Of a stretch of DNA of 64,000 nucleotides, positions 47,601 through 59,499 are shown in pieces. The position numbers were made by a program, and so were the translations under genes. Each line of letters opens with the position of its first letter. Positions within the stretch are counted from its first letter, which is position 1. The notes beneath the pieces were generated by a model that saw nothing but the letters and a program-made list of their open reading frames with translations, was not told the DNA's origin and made no database searches. Source of the stretch: Lytechinus pictus (Eukaryota); assembly GCF_037042905.1 (NCBI RefSeq), contig NC_087246.1, positions 5,582,001 through 5,646,000 on the forward strand, in the 5' to 3' direction.

Positions 47601-50600
47601 TACAGTTTGCCATTATATACAAATAATCATTATTTATATACAAATAACCATTATTTATTAAATAATGCCATTATTTATTAAATAATGCCATTATTTATTA
47701 AATAATGGAAAACTCGCTATAACATGCAAATGTGGGACCGCCCATGATATGAATATTCATGATGCGATTTCCTTTTTCGTGATTTTTCTTCACAAATTTT
47801 TGTCCATTTCCTCTTCATAATGACATTTCTTGAAGCAATTTTCTAGGGATATGGTCTGATTGTAATATTCTTCATTTTCTATATAACTTCGTCTTCGTAG
47901 AAATATCAAAAAGTGTAATTTTATACGATTTTTCCTACAGTTCACAATCCCCATAGGCGCGCGTGTACGGTAGGGACAACCGGTGAATCGACGGAGTGCT
48001 CTTCATCGAAATACTACGTTGGTTGGTCCCCGGAAGTGGCGGGCGGAATTTAGCCCGAATCCTCGATGGAAGTCGATCAAGTGCATATGAGCTGAGAGAG
48101 TGAAATATCAGTGTACTTGTACAGGCCCTTCTACTTTTTATAAATATTTCTTGTTGCTTTTTTTGTTAAGTTAATTTTTCCTGGTGTAGAGATAAGTTTC
48201 AGTTCTAATAATGCACTTCAAATACATTTTGGAGTGTCTGTTTGAGGCGTTTGGGGCGATTTCACCCTGGCCCCAAAATGCTCGCAACGACAATACGGGG
48301 GCATGATGACCCCTAAATTTTTAAAAACTTATTTTTCTATTGAAAATTATCACAAAATTCACCAAAAGTGTGCACGAAAGCCTTCGTATTTCACTTTTAA
48401 AACTCCGAAAAGTGCCCAAATGACAAGCTTGGTCGCTTCGCTGTGTCGCTTGATCAACTTGAGAACGTTTACGCGTCTGCTCCCCCCCCCTCCTCCGAAA
48501 GAAATTCTGTATACGGCCATGCTCTAAAGAGCCTGGCACATTGATTTATGTATACTTTCATTTTCATTATTTTTATCTCATTATCAACATGGCCTTACGC
48601 AGAATTTTTTCCAGGGGGGCCGGGGCCGGAGCATGACGCGCGTAAACTTTCTCAAAAAAATCTTGAAAGCGAGACAGCCACGGGACCAAGCCCAAATGAC
48701 AAGCTTTGTCGCTTCGCTGTCTCGCTTTCAACTTGAGAACGTTTACACGCGTCTGCCCCCACCCCCCGAAAGAAATTCTGTGAACGGCCATGCTCAAAAG
48801 AGCATATGGCACATTGATTTATATGTACTTTTCATTTTCATTATTTTTATCACATTATCATCATGGCCTTACACAGAATTTTTACCGGGGGGGGGGGGGG
48901 GGGCAGCTATAGGACGCGCGTAAAGTTTCTCAAAAAAATCTTGAAAGCGAGACAGCGACGCGACCAAGCTCAAATGACAAGCTTGGTCGCTTCGCTTTCT
49001 CAAGATTTTTATGAGAAAGTTTACGCGCGTCCTGCTCCCCCCACCCCCCCCCCCCCCCGGAAAAAATTATGCGTAAGGCCATGATGATAATGAGATAAAA
49101 ATAATGAAAATGAAGTATACATAAATCAATGTGCCAGGCTCTTTAGAGCATGGCCGTATACAGAATTTCTTTCGGAGGAGGGGGGGGGGGGGAAGCAGAC
49201 GCGTAAACGTTCTCAAGTTGAAAGCGACACAGCGAAGCGACCAAGCTTGTCATTTGGGCACTTTTTGGAGTTTTAAAAGTGAAATACGAAGGCTTTCGTG
49301 CACACTTTTGGTGAATTTTGTGATAATTTTCAATAGAAAAATAAGTTTTTAAAAATTTAGGGGTCATCATGCCCCCGTATTGTCGTTGCGAGCATTTTGG
49401 GGCCAGGGTGAAATCGCCCCAAACGCCTCAAACAGACACTCCAAAATGTATTTGAAGTGCATTATTAGAACTGAAACTTATCTCTACACCAGGAAAAATT
49501 AACTTAACAAAAAAAGCACCAAGAAATATTTATAAAAAGTAGAAGGGCCTGTACAAGTACACTGATATTTCACTCTCTCAGCTCATATGCACTTGATCGA
49601 CTTCCATCGAGGATTCGGGCTAAATTCCGCCCGCCACTTCCGGGGACCAACCAACGTAGTATTTCGATGAAGAGCACTCCGTCGATTCACCGGTTGTCCC
49701 TACCGTACACGCGCGCCTATGGGGATTGTGAACTGTAGGAAAAATCGTATAAAATTACACTTTTTGATATTTCTACGAAGACGAAGTTATATAGAAAATG
49801 AAGAATATTACAATCAAACCATATCCCTAGAAAATTGCTTCAAGAAATGTCATTATGAAGAGGAAATGGACAAAAATTTGTGAAGAAAAATCACGAAAAA
49901 GGAAATCGCATCATGAATATTCATATCATGGGCGGTCCCACATTTGCATGTTATAGCGAGTTTTCCATTATTTAATAAATAATGGCATTATTTAATAAAT
50001 AATGGCATTATTTAATAAATAATGGTTATTTGTATATAAATAATGATTATTTGTATATAATGGCAAACTGTAAAAATTGTTTATAAATAATGATTATTTA
50101 TAAATAATGGGATATTGAAACAAAATTATTATTTATAAATAATGAAGTAGATATTTCATTATTTAACAAATAATCTTTATTTATAAATAATGGAAAACTC
50201 GAACATTAAATAATGATTATTTATAAATAATGAGAATAATGGTGCACTCGAAAAAATTATTTATAAATAATGAAGTAGACGTTTTCATTATTTAACAAAT
50301 AATCATTATTTATAAATAATGGAAAACTCAACAAATTATTTATAAATAATGAAAAACAAATAATCATTATTTATAAATAATAATAATAATAATAATAATA
50401 GCCAATTTTTATAAAGCGCTTTTCCCTGAATGGCTCAAAGCGCGTTACAGCATATTATTACCCCGGTCATTGGATTCATTACAATCCCGCACGAAAAGTG
50501 CACAATATTCACTCCCTGGGGAGCATTCCTTGCATTCATCGCAGCCTCATTATGGCGCTGGCAAAATCAAACATACAATATCTTTCGCATCCTACCGGGT

Positions 50601-53600
50601 ACCCATTTAGCACCTGGGTCGAGAGTGGCAAAGTGTGGATTAACGCCTTGCCAAAGGACGCTAGACCGCGGTGGGATTCGAACACACGACCCTCTGTTTA
50701 CAAGGCGAGAGTCAGAACCACTACACCACGGCTCTTCCAATAATGAAAAACAAATAATCATTATTTGTAAATAATGAAAAACAAATAATCATTATTTATA
50801 AATAATGAAAAACAAATAATCATTATTTATAAATAATGAAAAACAAATAATCATTATTTGTAAATAATGAAAAACAAATAATCATTATTTATAAATAATG
50901 AAAAACAAATAATCATTATTTATAAATAATGAAAAACAAATAATCATTATTTATAAATAATGAAAAACAAATAATCATAATTTGTAAATAATGAAAAACA
51001 AATAATCATTATTTGTAAATAATGAAAAACAAATAATCATTATTTATAAATAATGGAATGTCGAACTATTATTATTTACAAATAATGAAGTATTACTTGG
51101 AATTATATATAAATAATTAGAAATGATATTTTATATGATAGTAGTTATTTACAAATAAAATGTAAATTATATATAAATAATAGTTATTATTTAATAAATA
51201 ATGATTATATAACAAATAATTGTTCTATATAATATTGGTACATTCGGCGCCTCATAGAAATGTACCCGCTCAGTATCCGCCTGCTTTAACCCATTGTGTC
51301 TGAGCCGACGACAAGAAAATGTGTTTTAAGGACGTTCCACAGTTATGTTTGTGCGCATTATGATCTGCGCATAGTTTACACTCTGCGCGCTGACGTCACA
51401 ATGAATGAACAGGTGATTAATTAGCTGCAGGTTTGAGCTGATTTTTCTCATCTTCTGCACTTTAACTGCAGATCCTATGTGTTATTTCATGAAACTAAAA
51501 AATTGAATTATTCCATGGACCATTCAAAAAAATTTCTGTACAATTTCAAAATACTTTACTCTGCAGTGCTGCCAAGAATCACGAATATTACCCCGAGTTT
51601 GAATAAATGGTAGAGTGGTTTTGATTTTTCTTCACATAGATACAAAGCATTCGGCGCATTTTTGGTGTTTTAAAAAGCACATTTGCTCTAATAAAAATGC
51701 TAATAGTTTAAAAACAAGCACATGAACCCCTATTTTTTAATGTTTGTACCTCTTAGGTATACCTTCCTCTACAACTCTGCAAATTTTGGTGAAAATGACA
51801 TGGATTTTGAATAAAGTGCAGCATATATTGTACGTTTGTAGTTTGTTACTGAAATTTCACATTTTTTAGATTGGGATTTTGTTATCTTTTACGCCATTTT
51901 TAAGAACTGGCAGTGCTGTTAAACTTAAAATTGCAAACAAATAGCACTATAAATAGATTATCCATTCTAATGATACAATTATTAACTCTCTTGCGAAATT
52001 TGATGACTTTTTCATGTATTTTGACTGAGTAATAGAGGTTTAAACTTTAAACTCATTGTAGTAATCTTGGGCGGTCTAAAAATGCCAAATTCGTTTGAAT
52101 GCGCAATTCTTAAGAATATCAATTTGGGTGAACTTTGAAGCTCTATAGCAAAAAATCAAGCACATGGACCTATGTTAATTTTTGCATATTTCGAATATTA
52201 AGGTTCTAAAGTATCTATGAGCAAAGTTTGGTGAAAATGACATGGATTTCACTTTAACTGTGGAACGTCCTTAAACAGGTGTTTCAACTATTCATACATT
52301 TTAATTTGGCGACAGTTTCCCGGAGCAACAAGATAAAGTCATCTGCTAACTTGTTAAGTTCTTAGTGAAGCATTAGTACGCTTGGTGAGCGTTACATGTA
52401 TCAGCAAAAAGAAATAACCATTATTCGAATAATATTTAAAAAAAAAAAATTTGCAGAAAATGTGCATCAAAAATATTAGTCTAAGGAAATGCATAGTGTA
52501 CAAAGAACGACATTTCTAAAACTTGAGTTTTCAAGTTTGAGACATTATAGTTTAGTTAAATAGTAATATAGTCACTATGTTTTTCGTCCTGGAGATGGCT
52601 TTAAATGACTGTATAAAATATTTCTTTCTGGAATGTTTAAAGACTAGTGCTTTCTTTATACATAATATGCTAAATCACGTATTTTGCAATTTTTCAATTT
52701 TGGGAAAAATGAAAAAAACTCATCAACCAAGTGACCTATTCATACGTCATAGATAGTATCAGACTGTAGGAATTTTTTTTTTTCAAATGGCACTAACTTG
52801 TGGCGTTTGAAAGTTTGTATTTCATAAAAAATGGCGGCCATTTTGAACACCATCTTGGATTTTGAAGCTTTCGCAAATTTGTTAGTAGAAATCTTCAATA
52901 TTGTTTCCTATACTTTAAGCTAGTAAATAATTATGGTCCATTTCGTTCGTAAGAATATAGTGGAATGAATTTAAAAAGTAAGCTAGATGTTGGGGCTCGA
53001 CCCTCCGCTTAATACCAAATGTTTTACATGTATGTCTGATATATCCATTATGCATCTTAAATTGAATATCATTTTAGAAATATCATCATCATCATATATC
53101 AAAAGAGAAATAACTTTGTGACTGCTGATATCACCGTTAAACCCAACAAGTATACTAGGAATCCTGATGGATAATAATACCTGAAAGTGAGACGTTGGCG
53201 AGGAACCCTTTCCCGTTCATACCAGAGCTGTAATCGTATAGACGAATCGTAATGGCTCCATGGGTAGACACAAAAGGCGACAGGTCTGGATCAACATTTC
53301 CTCGGAAATAAGACACTAGGTAACCATAGGAATCATATGAGTAGTCGGATACGTACAAATATTCACTGGTTGTCTCGATATCGAGCCATTCAAGCTGCAC
53401 TTCTTTACCTGCTGGACTCGTCACGTACCAATAACAATCTGTTTTCCCGCTAATTGGCTGCTGACTGTAGTAGTATGGGGAGTTAAGGACAAAGTGATCC
53501 TGATAATGATCAAGTTCTACTCTGCCGCCACAGGTTTGCTGCCCAACAACTGGATAATCGTCTGCAATAGAGTTTGTATAAAGAGATTTTATATTTGATT

Positions 53601-56600
53601 TGTTAAGCCTAATTTATGACAAAAAATGGCGTTTGGACGTGACTGTGTATTAATGTCATTTGTTACATAAAAGATGAATTGTCACAGAGATTATTTTCAT
53701 TTATTCAGTTATCAATAATTTCAGAGATTAATTGCAGATGAAAATTAATCATAACCAGTTTGATATAAGAACAGCATATAATTACACTACGCAAGTAAAA
53801 AAGAAAGTTCTGGATTTCTCAATTAAGTCTTGTCACAATTAACACTCCATTTGATAGTATATGATAGTAGGTTTATTCTTGTTACATAATAATAATAATA
53901 ATAATTACATCTGACTAAGGGCCTTTTCAAAAGTTACAAAGCGCTATACAAATATCAAAAACAAATACAATCGGTAAGAACTTAAATAAAACTACACAAA
54001 ATAAAAACTTCTTGCAATATATCAACACAAATGAGATATGAGCATCTTTTTAAAACATATTAATAGAAGGACATTGTTTAAGTTTATGAGGTAGTGTATT
54101 CCGGTATTTTGGGACAAACACAGAAAATGACCTATCACCCATTGATTTGAATATCCGGGGGATGTGAAGAGGAATATGTGATGACCGAGTGTTGCACATT
54201 GGTTGGCGAACTGTTATAGGAGGTCTTGCTAATGGTGGAGCTTTCTCATTGAGACATTTGAATGTGACAGTCATATGCTCAATTCGATATTTTACTTTCA
54301 GCCAGTGTAATTCTCTTATCAGGGGGGGGGGGTGTATATGATGGTTGACAGTAAATGACCCTTGCTGCCTTATTTTGTAATTTCTGTAGACGATTTAGGT
54401 TATGAGAGGTGACACTCGAGAATTTTAATAATCCAATCTAGACGTAACCAGGGACCTAACAGCAATATGACATGTATCCTTATCAATAAACTTTCTAATT
54501 TTATTAATATTTCCAATGTGGTAACTAACTTAGACACACTTTATAGTAACTTGATCTGACATTGTCATGTGTGTATCTATAACACAACCAAGAATACGAA
54601 TAGAGTCTGGGTACAAACTTATCATTATTACTATTATTATGAAACTTGTGTTGAATTAAACTACTCAGACTTGATTTTATTTTTGGAAGCTCAGATACCG
54701 GCGCGGCGGGGCGCCGGCCAAGTGACTTTTTGGTATCCTTTCTTAAAAGTATGTTTGCTTACTCATGTGTTAAAGAGGAATCAAGTAAGTCTTACCAGAT
54801 GAAAGAGAAAACTCTAAGCTTTACAGTGAAAAGTCTATTGTATTTGTGATGTAGTTATGATAAATCAGTGATAATTATTATTTTTGCATTGAAATACTAA
54901 ATTCTGTAATGCCATTTAAGCATTATTTGTATTGGTCTTTTAAAGAAATGTGGAAATAAATGAATCAATCAATTCTAGGTTACGTTTTTCTTGGACGCAC
55001 TGTATAATATATATTGATTTTCCTCATTAAGTGTCTTATCCAATGCTGATCCCGGTGGGCTCTACGTCAGACCATGACATATCACTACGGACACAGTTTC
55101 GATAGAGCTTCCGATTTTCCCCATTAAGTGTCTTATTCGAGAGTTTGCAGTTGAATTGAGTACTCCGTTGGCTCATATCTTAAACTCATCTTTCCATCTA
55201 GGCGTTTTTCCTCAAATGTGGAAGTATGCTGAGATCATTCCTGTTCCTAAGTCTTCCCCACCAACAATCAACGAGTTAAGACCAATTGCATTGACATCAT
55301 TTTTTGCGAAGATTGCGGAAACATTTATTGCAAAATGGCTTTGGGAAGATATTTCGAACATAATTGATCAAAATCAGTACGGAATCAGAAGAGGAATTTC
55401 TACATGTCACTATTTGATTGGGTTGTTACATTAATTATTTAGGAATGCTGATAAACCTAAGTCAATATCAACAGTCATACTGACGGATTTTTCGAAAGCT
55501 TTCGATCGGATAAATCACAACATTCTTATTACTAAATTATGTGAAATGCATGTTCGACCTTGTGTTATATCTTTGGTAGTAGATTTCTTAAGTAATCGTC
55601 AACAAACTGTGAAGTATAGGAGCCAGTTATCGAAATCAAAATGCAGTGTCACGGGTGTACCTCAGGGTACCAAACTTGGTCCCATTTTATTTTCGATAAT
55701 GATAAATGATGCCTGTGGTGATAGTATTTTGTCATATTTTAAATATGTAGATGACTTAACCATGGTAGAGTGTAGAATGAATAATCAAACTTCACAAATA
55801 CAAACTGAAATTGAATTACTCGAATCAGTGGTATGGAACTCAATGCATCAAAATGCTCTACAATGTCAATTTCATTTTCAAAACAACCTCTTCAACCGCA
55901 AGTGATCTATATAAATAACACCCAATTGCAATGTGTAACCACGGTGAAAATCCTAGAAATTACAATTCAGAATGATTTAAAGTGGAATGCTCATGTAACC
56001 GAAATAATGAAAAAGAGCAATAAAAAGTTATACATGCTAAGAAGATTGAAAGCTTACAATCTACCTGAATGTGATTTGTTAACAGTGTATATAGGGTATG
56101 TAAGACCAGTCCTAGAGTATTGTATACCTCTGTTCGCCGCTTCTCTTACTTTGAAACAGATAAAAGTTATTGAAACTGTCCAGAAAAGAGCATGCAAGAT
56201 AATATTGGGAACCAAGTATCTATTTTATGACATGGCTCTAAATACCTTAAATTTGACATCGCTTGAAAGTCGAAGAGTAAAACTTACCACAGATTTCGCT
56301 TTAAAGTTAGAAATGAATCAATTGTACAAGAACTGGTTACCTCCACTGAAAACAAACACTTTCAATTTACGACATATGAATAAATATAAGGAGATTTCAT
56401 GTAAAACAAAAAGATTTCAGAACAGTGCTCTTCCAAGTCTGACAAGATTATTAAATAAGTACCATGGTAATCAAGTTTGACATTTGTGTAATGAATGTGC
56501 AATATTGTATTATCTATCATTTTATTTTTTTATCCATTTTAACTCCATTTTTAACTGCACATATGTAATTTTAACTTGTATATTCATTGTTTATCTTAGT

Positions 56601-57960
56601 AATTTTGATTATTGTTATATATTGGCATTGTGTAAACATGTACAATTCAGTCTGTGACTGCCAATCATGTTTTTTGCAATAAACCTGAATTGAATTGAAT
56701 TGAATTTTACATGAAGTTTGGGCCTATTTATCAATTACAGGGAAATCAGCTCACCTGTAATGCTTATTGAAAAAAGCGACGACTCATCTTCTTCATAACT
56801 ATCGAAATGGGTATTTAGGGTTCCCGAGTTCTGCGAGAAAACCCTGTCTTCAGGCATGACAGATGGTTTACGGAAGATCGAGACCCTTTTACTGCTGCTG
56901 GTGCTAGAACCATCATAGACGTGCAAATATCCTGCATTTAGCTGATGAAACTGAACCTTCAGACGTCGTCCAACTGGACCAGTAAAGAACCAGTAACTAT
57001 CCATATTTCCATCGTCCTCATAAGTAGAGTTCATGGTCTGAATAGTCAGCGATGTCAAATTGTCATTCAATTCAATGATTCCACCGGATGAAGGAATAAC
57101 GCCTACATCATTGGGTTGCAGATGATCTAGGATATAAATACGAGTGCAATGAAAAAAATATATATATGATTTTGAATTTACTATATTTATCGATACTTCT
57201 AAGGAACCAACGGTTTGGGTTATGAGAACTCTACAAAGTGGATTTGGTGCTTTAATGAGACACATTCATTATGAAGATGGAAATTGATTGGACATATTCT
57301 TAGAATGGATACCCAGAATATCACAAGTGTAGCTCACCACTGGATACCTGAAGGGAGAAGAAAGAGGACGACCCAAGACCGCATGACTCAGAACAGTACT
57401 TGGGAAACTATACCACATCCTGTAAAAAGTTGAAATGCGAGAGTTTCCAGATCTAGGTCCAGGACCGAAAGAAGTGGAGGACATTCTTTGCTGCCCTATA
57501 CATGCCAATAGAGGCATAGCGGACAGAAAGTAAGTTTTATCATGTTTTACTTGCTCATTTTGTTAATATCAATCAAAGATATTTTTACCTGTGAAGCTGA
57601 CTTTAACACCGAAAGAGGAATCTGAAACCGAATTGTAGGCGTCGAAATGGATCCTGACACTGGAATCAGATACAATTGAATGTGGGGCTCTATTCCATTG
57701 TCCGTAAGAATAGAGGTGGAATATTAGCCTTCCTGTCGAATCAAACATCCAGATACGATCACTTTGATCTAGTGTTTGCCAATCGTAGAACTCCACTACA
57801 ACCGCCGTGTTTGTTGGACTATTGATGTACCAGTTGCAATATGCAGCGCTGCCAGATGGGTAGGCATTTGTGACTATGAACTGAGAGGTCGGAGAGTTGT
57901 GGTCGAGATTGATAGTGTCTCCGCACTCGCCTGGAATGGCTGCTTCGATTGACAGTTCAC
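33666..57960 (-). CDS. Multi-CUB + zona pellucida (ZP) domain membrane protein (CUZD1/DMBT1-like layout), 5'-incomplete, at least 1358 aa
   Basis: Minus-strand exons 57960-57589, 57126-56755, 53561-53181, 46635-46258, 44814-44437, 43777-43400, 43039-42638, 41978-41598 are 8 phase-1/1 CUB exons (CGG...C-x-W pattern). Exons 40356-40172, 39126-38726, 36280-36181, 34980-34800 encode the ZP module ([25 protein letters not shown]) and furin site RFRR. Exon 33832-33666 encodes the TM helix and tail. No signal-peptide exon was found. Confidence 0.9.
34800..34980 (-). CDS. ZP-C end, furin site and external hydrophobic patch exon
   Basis: [28 protein letters not shown]...HLISNGPL. Confidence 0.9.
36181..36280 (-). 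CDS. ZP-C exon
   Basis: [33 protein letters not shown]. Confidence 0.88.
37557..38524. mobile_element. Tc1/mariner-like MITE carrying a nested insertion
   Basis: TIR CAGTGCGTCCCACAAAAAA(A)CGAAACC; TA TSD. Confidence 0.85.
37863..38468. mobile_element. Kolobok-like non-autonomous element
   Basis: TTAA TSD; AGG...CCT termini; TIR GTCCACCC(C)AA-AAAA. Confidence 0.8.
38525..38700. repeat. (TA)n microsatellite
   Basis: Several long TA runs. Confidence 0.95.
38726..39126 (-). CDS. ZP-N/ZP-C exon
   Basis: IIYSNMV...IPVACEL...GYGDFSL...LYFAV...ENCWATPS...FLTNG. Confidence 0.9.
39255..39493. mobile_element. MITE, inverted copy of the 26434-26672 family
   Basis: Reverse-complement match over the full length; TA TSD. 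Confidence 0.85.
40172..40356 (-). CDS. ZP-N exon
   Basis: [16 protein letters not shown]...GCTG...YNRCSTRLK. The frame needs the second of two AGs 5 nt apart. Confidence 0.8.
41598..41978 (-). CDS. CUB exon 8
   Basis: SCGSAIKL...ACSWFIQCP...IDFNDFGL...VHDGP...GASFGISC. Confidence 0.88.
42638..43039 (-). CDS. CUB exon 7
   Basis: SCGQTVHL...QTPTYP...ACFWYFTCP...LLFNDFD. Confidence 0.88.
43084..43274. repeat. 97-bp tandem duplication
   Basis: GAAGGATTAGATATAAACAAAATTAAAT... at 43084 and 43181. Confidence 0.85.
43400..43777 (-). CDS. CUB exon 6
   Basis: SCGGEIHL...[14 protein letters not shown]...NGRGFAMDV. Confidence 0.88.
44437..44814 (-). CDS. CUB exon 5
   Basis: SCGGTIPL...[14 protein letters not shown]...NGPGFLFEA. 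Confidence 0.88.
45448..45571. mobile_element. Harbinger/Tourist-like MITE
   Basis: TIR GGGGCCCGTGACACAAA/TTTGTGTTACGGGACCC; similar elements near 12379-12559, 35885-36085 and 44845-44965. Confidence 0.65.
46258..46635 (-). CDS. CUB exon 4
   Basis: SCGGTVRL...RCYWHV...NGRGFLAQF. Confidence 0.88.
46751..51254. mobile_element. Foldback-type non-autonomous DNA transposon
   Basis: About 1.9-kb near-perfect inverted arms starting TGAGGCGCCGAATGTACC; outer domain of 31-bp tandem repeats; flanking direct repeat TAGAAATGTA; no transposase ORF. Confidence 0.93.
50377..50738 (-). mobile_element. Full-length tRNA-derived SINE inserted in the foldback right arm
   Basis: A box TGGTGTAGTGG, B box GTTCGAATCC, core CCCAGGTGCTAAATGGGTACC, (TTA)n tail; absent from the left arm. 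Confidence 0.9.
51330..52270. mobile_element. Kolobok-like non-autonomous DNA transposon
   Basis: TIR GGACGTTCCACAGTTA; TTAA TSD on both sides. Confidence 0.85.
53181..53561 (-). CDS. CUB exon 3
   Basis: TCGGRVEL...NSPYYYSQ...[14 protein letters not shown]...NGKGFLANV. Confidence 0.88.
53890..54570 (-). mobile_element. Decayed L2-clade LINE 3' fragment
   Basis: Remnants [33 protein letters not shown]; (TTA)n tail. Confidence 0.7.
54640..55002. mobile_element. Degraded partial copy of the 37557 Tc1/mariner-like MITE
   Basis: GGACGCACTG|TA end; CCAAGTGACTTTTTG and CTAAGCTTTACA motifs shared. Confidence 0.55.
55113..56705 (+). mobile_element. 5'-truncated CR1/L2-group LINE with a disabled reverse transcriptase
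   Basis: [32 protein letters not shown] motifs; stop at 55432 and frameshift near 55830; AATAAA then (TGAAT)n tail. Confidence 0.9.
56755..57126 (-). CDS. CUB exon 2 (cysteine-less)
   Basis: SSGGIIEL...DSYWFFTGP...LHVYDGSS; splice sites intact, 372 nt. Confidence 0.85.
57270..57535 (+). mobile_element. Decayed RTE-clade LINE 3' fragment
   Basis: [11 protein letters not shown]...[14 protein letters not shown]...QDRKKWR in translation. Confidence 0.7.
57589..57960 (-). CDS. CUB exon 1 (most 5' visible)
   Basis: ECGDTINL...YCNWYINSP...VRIHFDAY...FGVKVSFT. Confidence 0.87.
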
Positions 57961-58455
57961 CTGCATAGAAATAAATTGTAATTGTTTGTACATTCAAAGG
58001 AATGTCTAAAGTAATACACAAATAAATCATTCCAACATTAAGAGACCTGTAGTGTCATGTAATTGCATACTGCAATTTTAACGTGTGTTCATTCTAATGT
58101 ACAGTAAGGTATTTTGATATTCTTATAAGATCCTTATAAATTCAAAATAATATTGAATAACTGAATGAATTAATAAAGTATGTCAATAATATCAGAAACA
58201 TTTTCCATTATATATTTCTAAAAATAAATCATTAGATGATTAAAAAAATAATTGACAATCACACCGGTTCGTATCATAGACCATGGTCTATGTGCTAAAA
58301 TTATGGGAAGCCAAAAGTATGAAAATTGTGTTACTTCCCTTTTTTTCTTGTGTTAGCTGTGCTCTTCCCTAATTCTTTGATATTGTGAAGACAACTATCT
58401 TATTCATCATTCCAAGACAGTAAATACATTGAACCTCTATACTGTTAGAGATGTA

Positions 58456-58776
58456 CACTGTTAGAGAATTTCTATTTAAAAAACAAAAAATTCCTGCAGC
58501 AGAGTCTCGAGAAAACCGTGAATCTTACTGCACTGTGTAATCTTACATGCATTTTGTGTAAAATTACAGAAAATTAGTATTTGGTGTATGTAACCTTACA
58601 AAGTTATGGTAATAAAAATGTTTTCCCTTTTTTTAACAAACCTGTTCTGTAATATTGTAAAAAATTGTAAAATGAATTCTTTCCTGTTATAGCAATTTAC
58701 AGAATGATTTGGTTATTTCTTTCTGTAAAATATGTTGTTGGTTTTTTCTTCTGTAAAATCTTTTTTTCTAACAGTG
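58456..58776. mobile_element. CACTG-ended MITE
   Basis: CACTGTTAGA...TCTAACAGTG; TA TSD. Confidence 0.7.
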
Positions 58777-59499
58777 TATGTCACAATTGGCTATGAATTA
58801 ACTTTATACCAAAATTTTAATAACACCCGAATTCGGAATATGGGCCAATGTGTTTTAAAAGATGTTGGTTTTGCTATATTTAGACAGAAAGCACAATGTT
58901 GTAAATGCCATCGATATCGGATTGAAAATAAGAAAATTATTGAATTTTGAATGGTGAGAAAATTTTTATAGAATTGATACAGGATGTAAAAATATGAAAT
59001 TTAACAGCTTTGCTCATCATTTCACATAACAGGTAGGCCTATATACAGCAATATCCTTACAAAGAGAATAATAATTATTTACCCAGAGTATATATAGCGA
59101 CCTCAAATACCTGATTTTTAAGCGGCCTGCATACATAACATAATGTAATTATCTTTCACCCTACTCTTTTTAAAAGTCGACTGATTGGCGAAAAGACAGG
59201 AGGTTCCATTTTCAAGTATTTTGTTCAACTTGTAAGGGGGTCAACTCCCGTTCATGAGGAGGGCGCTCGAGCATGAACCGCCATGTCTATGATTTTGATA
59301 TACTTTTGTCGCATTTGCGTTAAATTGATTTTTTTTTCTCATTTTACTGTTAAAGAACATTTGCTTCCTCTGCACATTAAGAAATTACTAACCTTTTATG
59401 ATTCAATCAAGAAGAAAAAGGGTTTTTATGTCAAATTGTCAAATATTTAATCATGGTTATGTAAATTGTTATGAAAAACAATCTCAAGGGTTTACTGAC

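Noticed and set aside
48303..49370. Mirror-image ORF pairs in the foldback centre
   Set aside because: Short, with no transposase motifs; a by-product of the inverted repeat.
50665..50738. Possible minus-strand tRNA gene
   Set aside because: It is the tRNA-derived head of a SINE with a (TTA)n tail.
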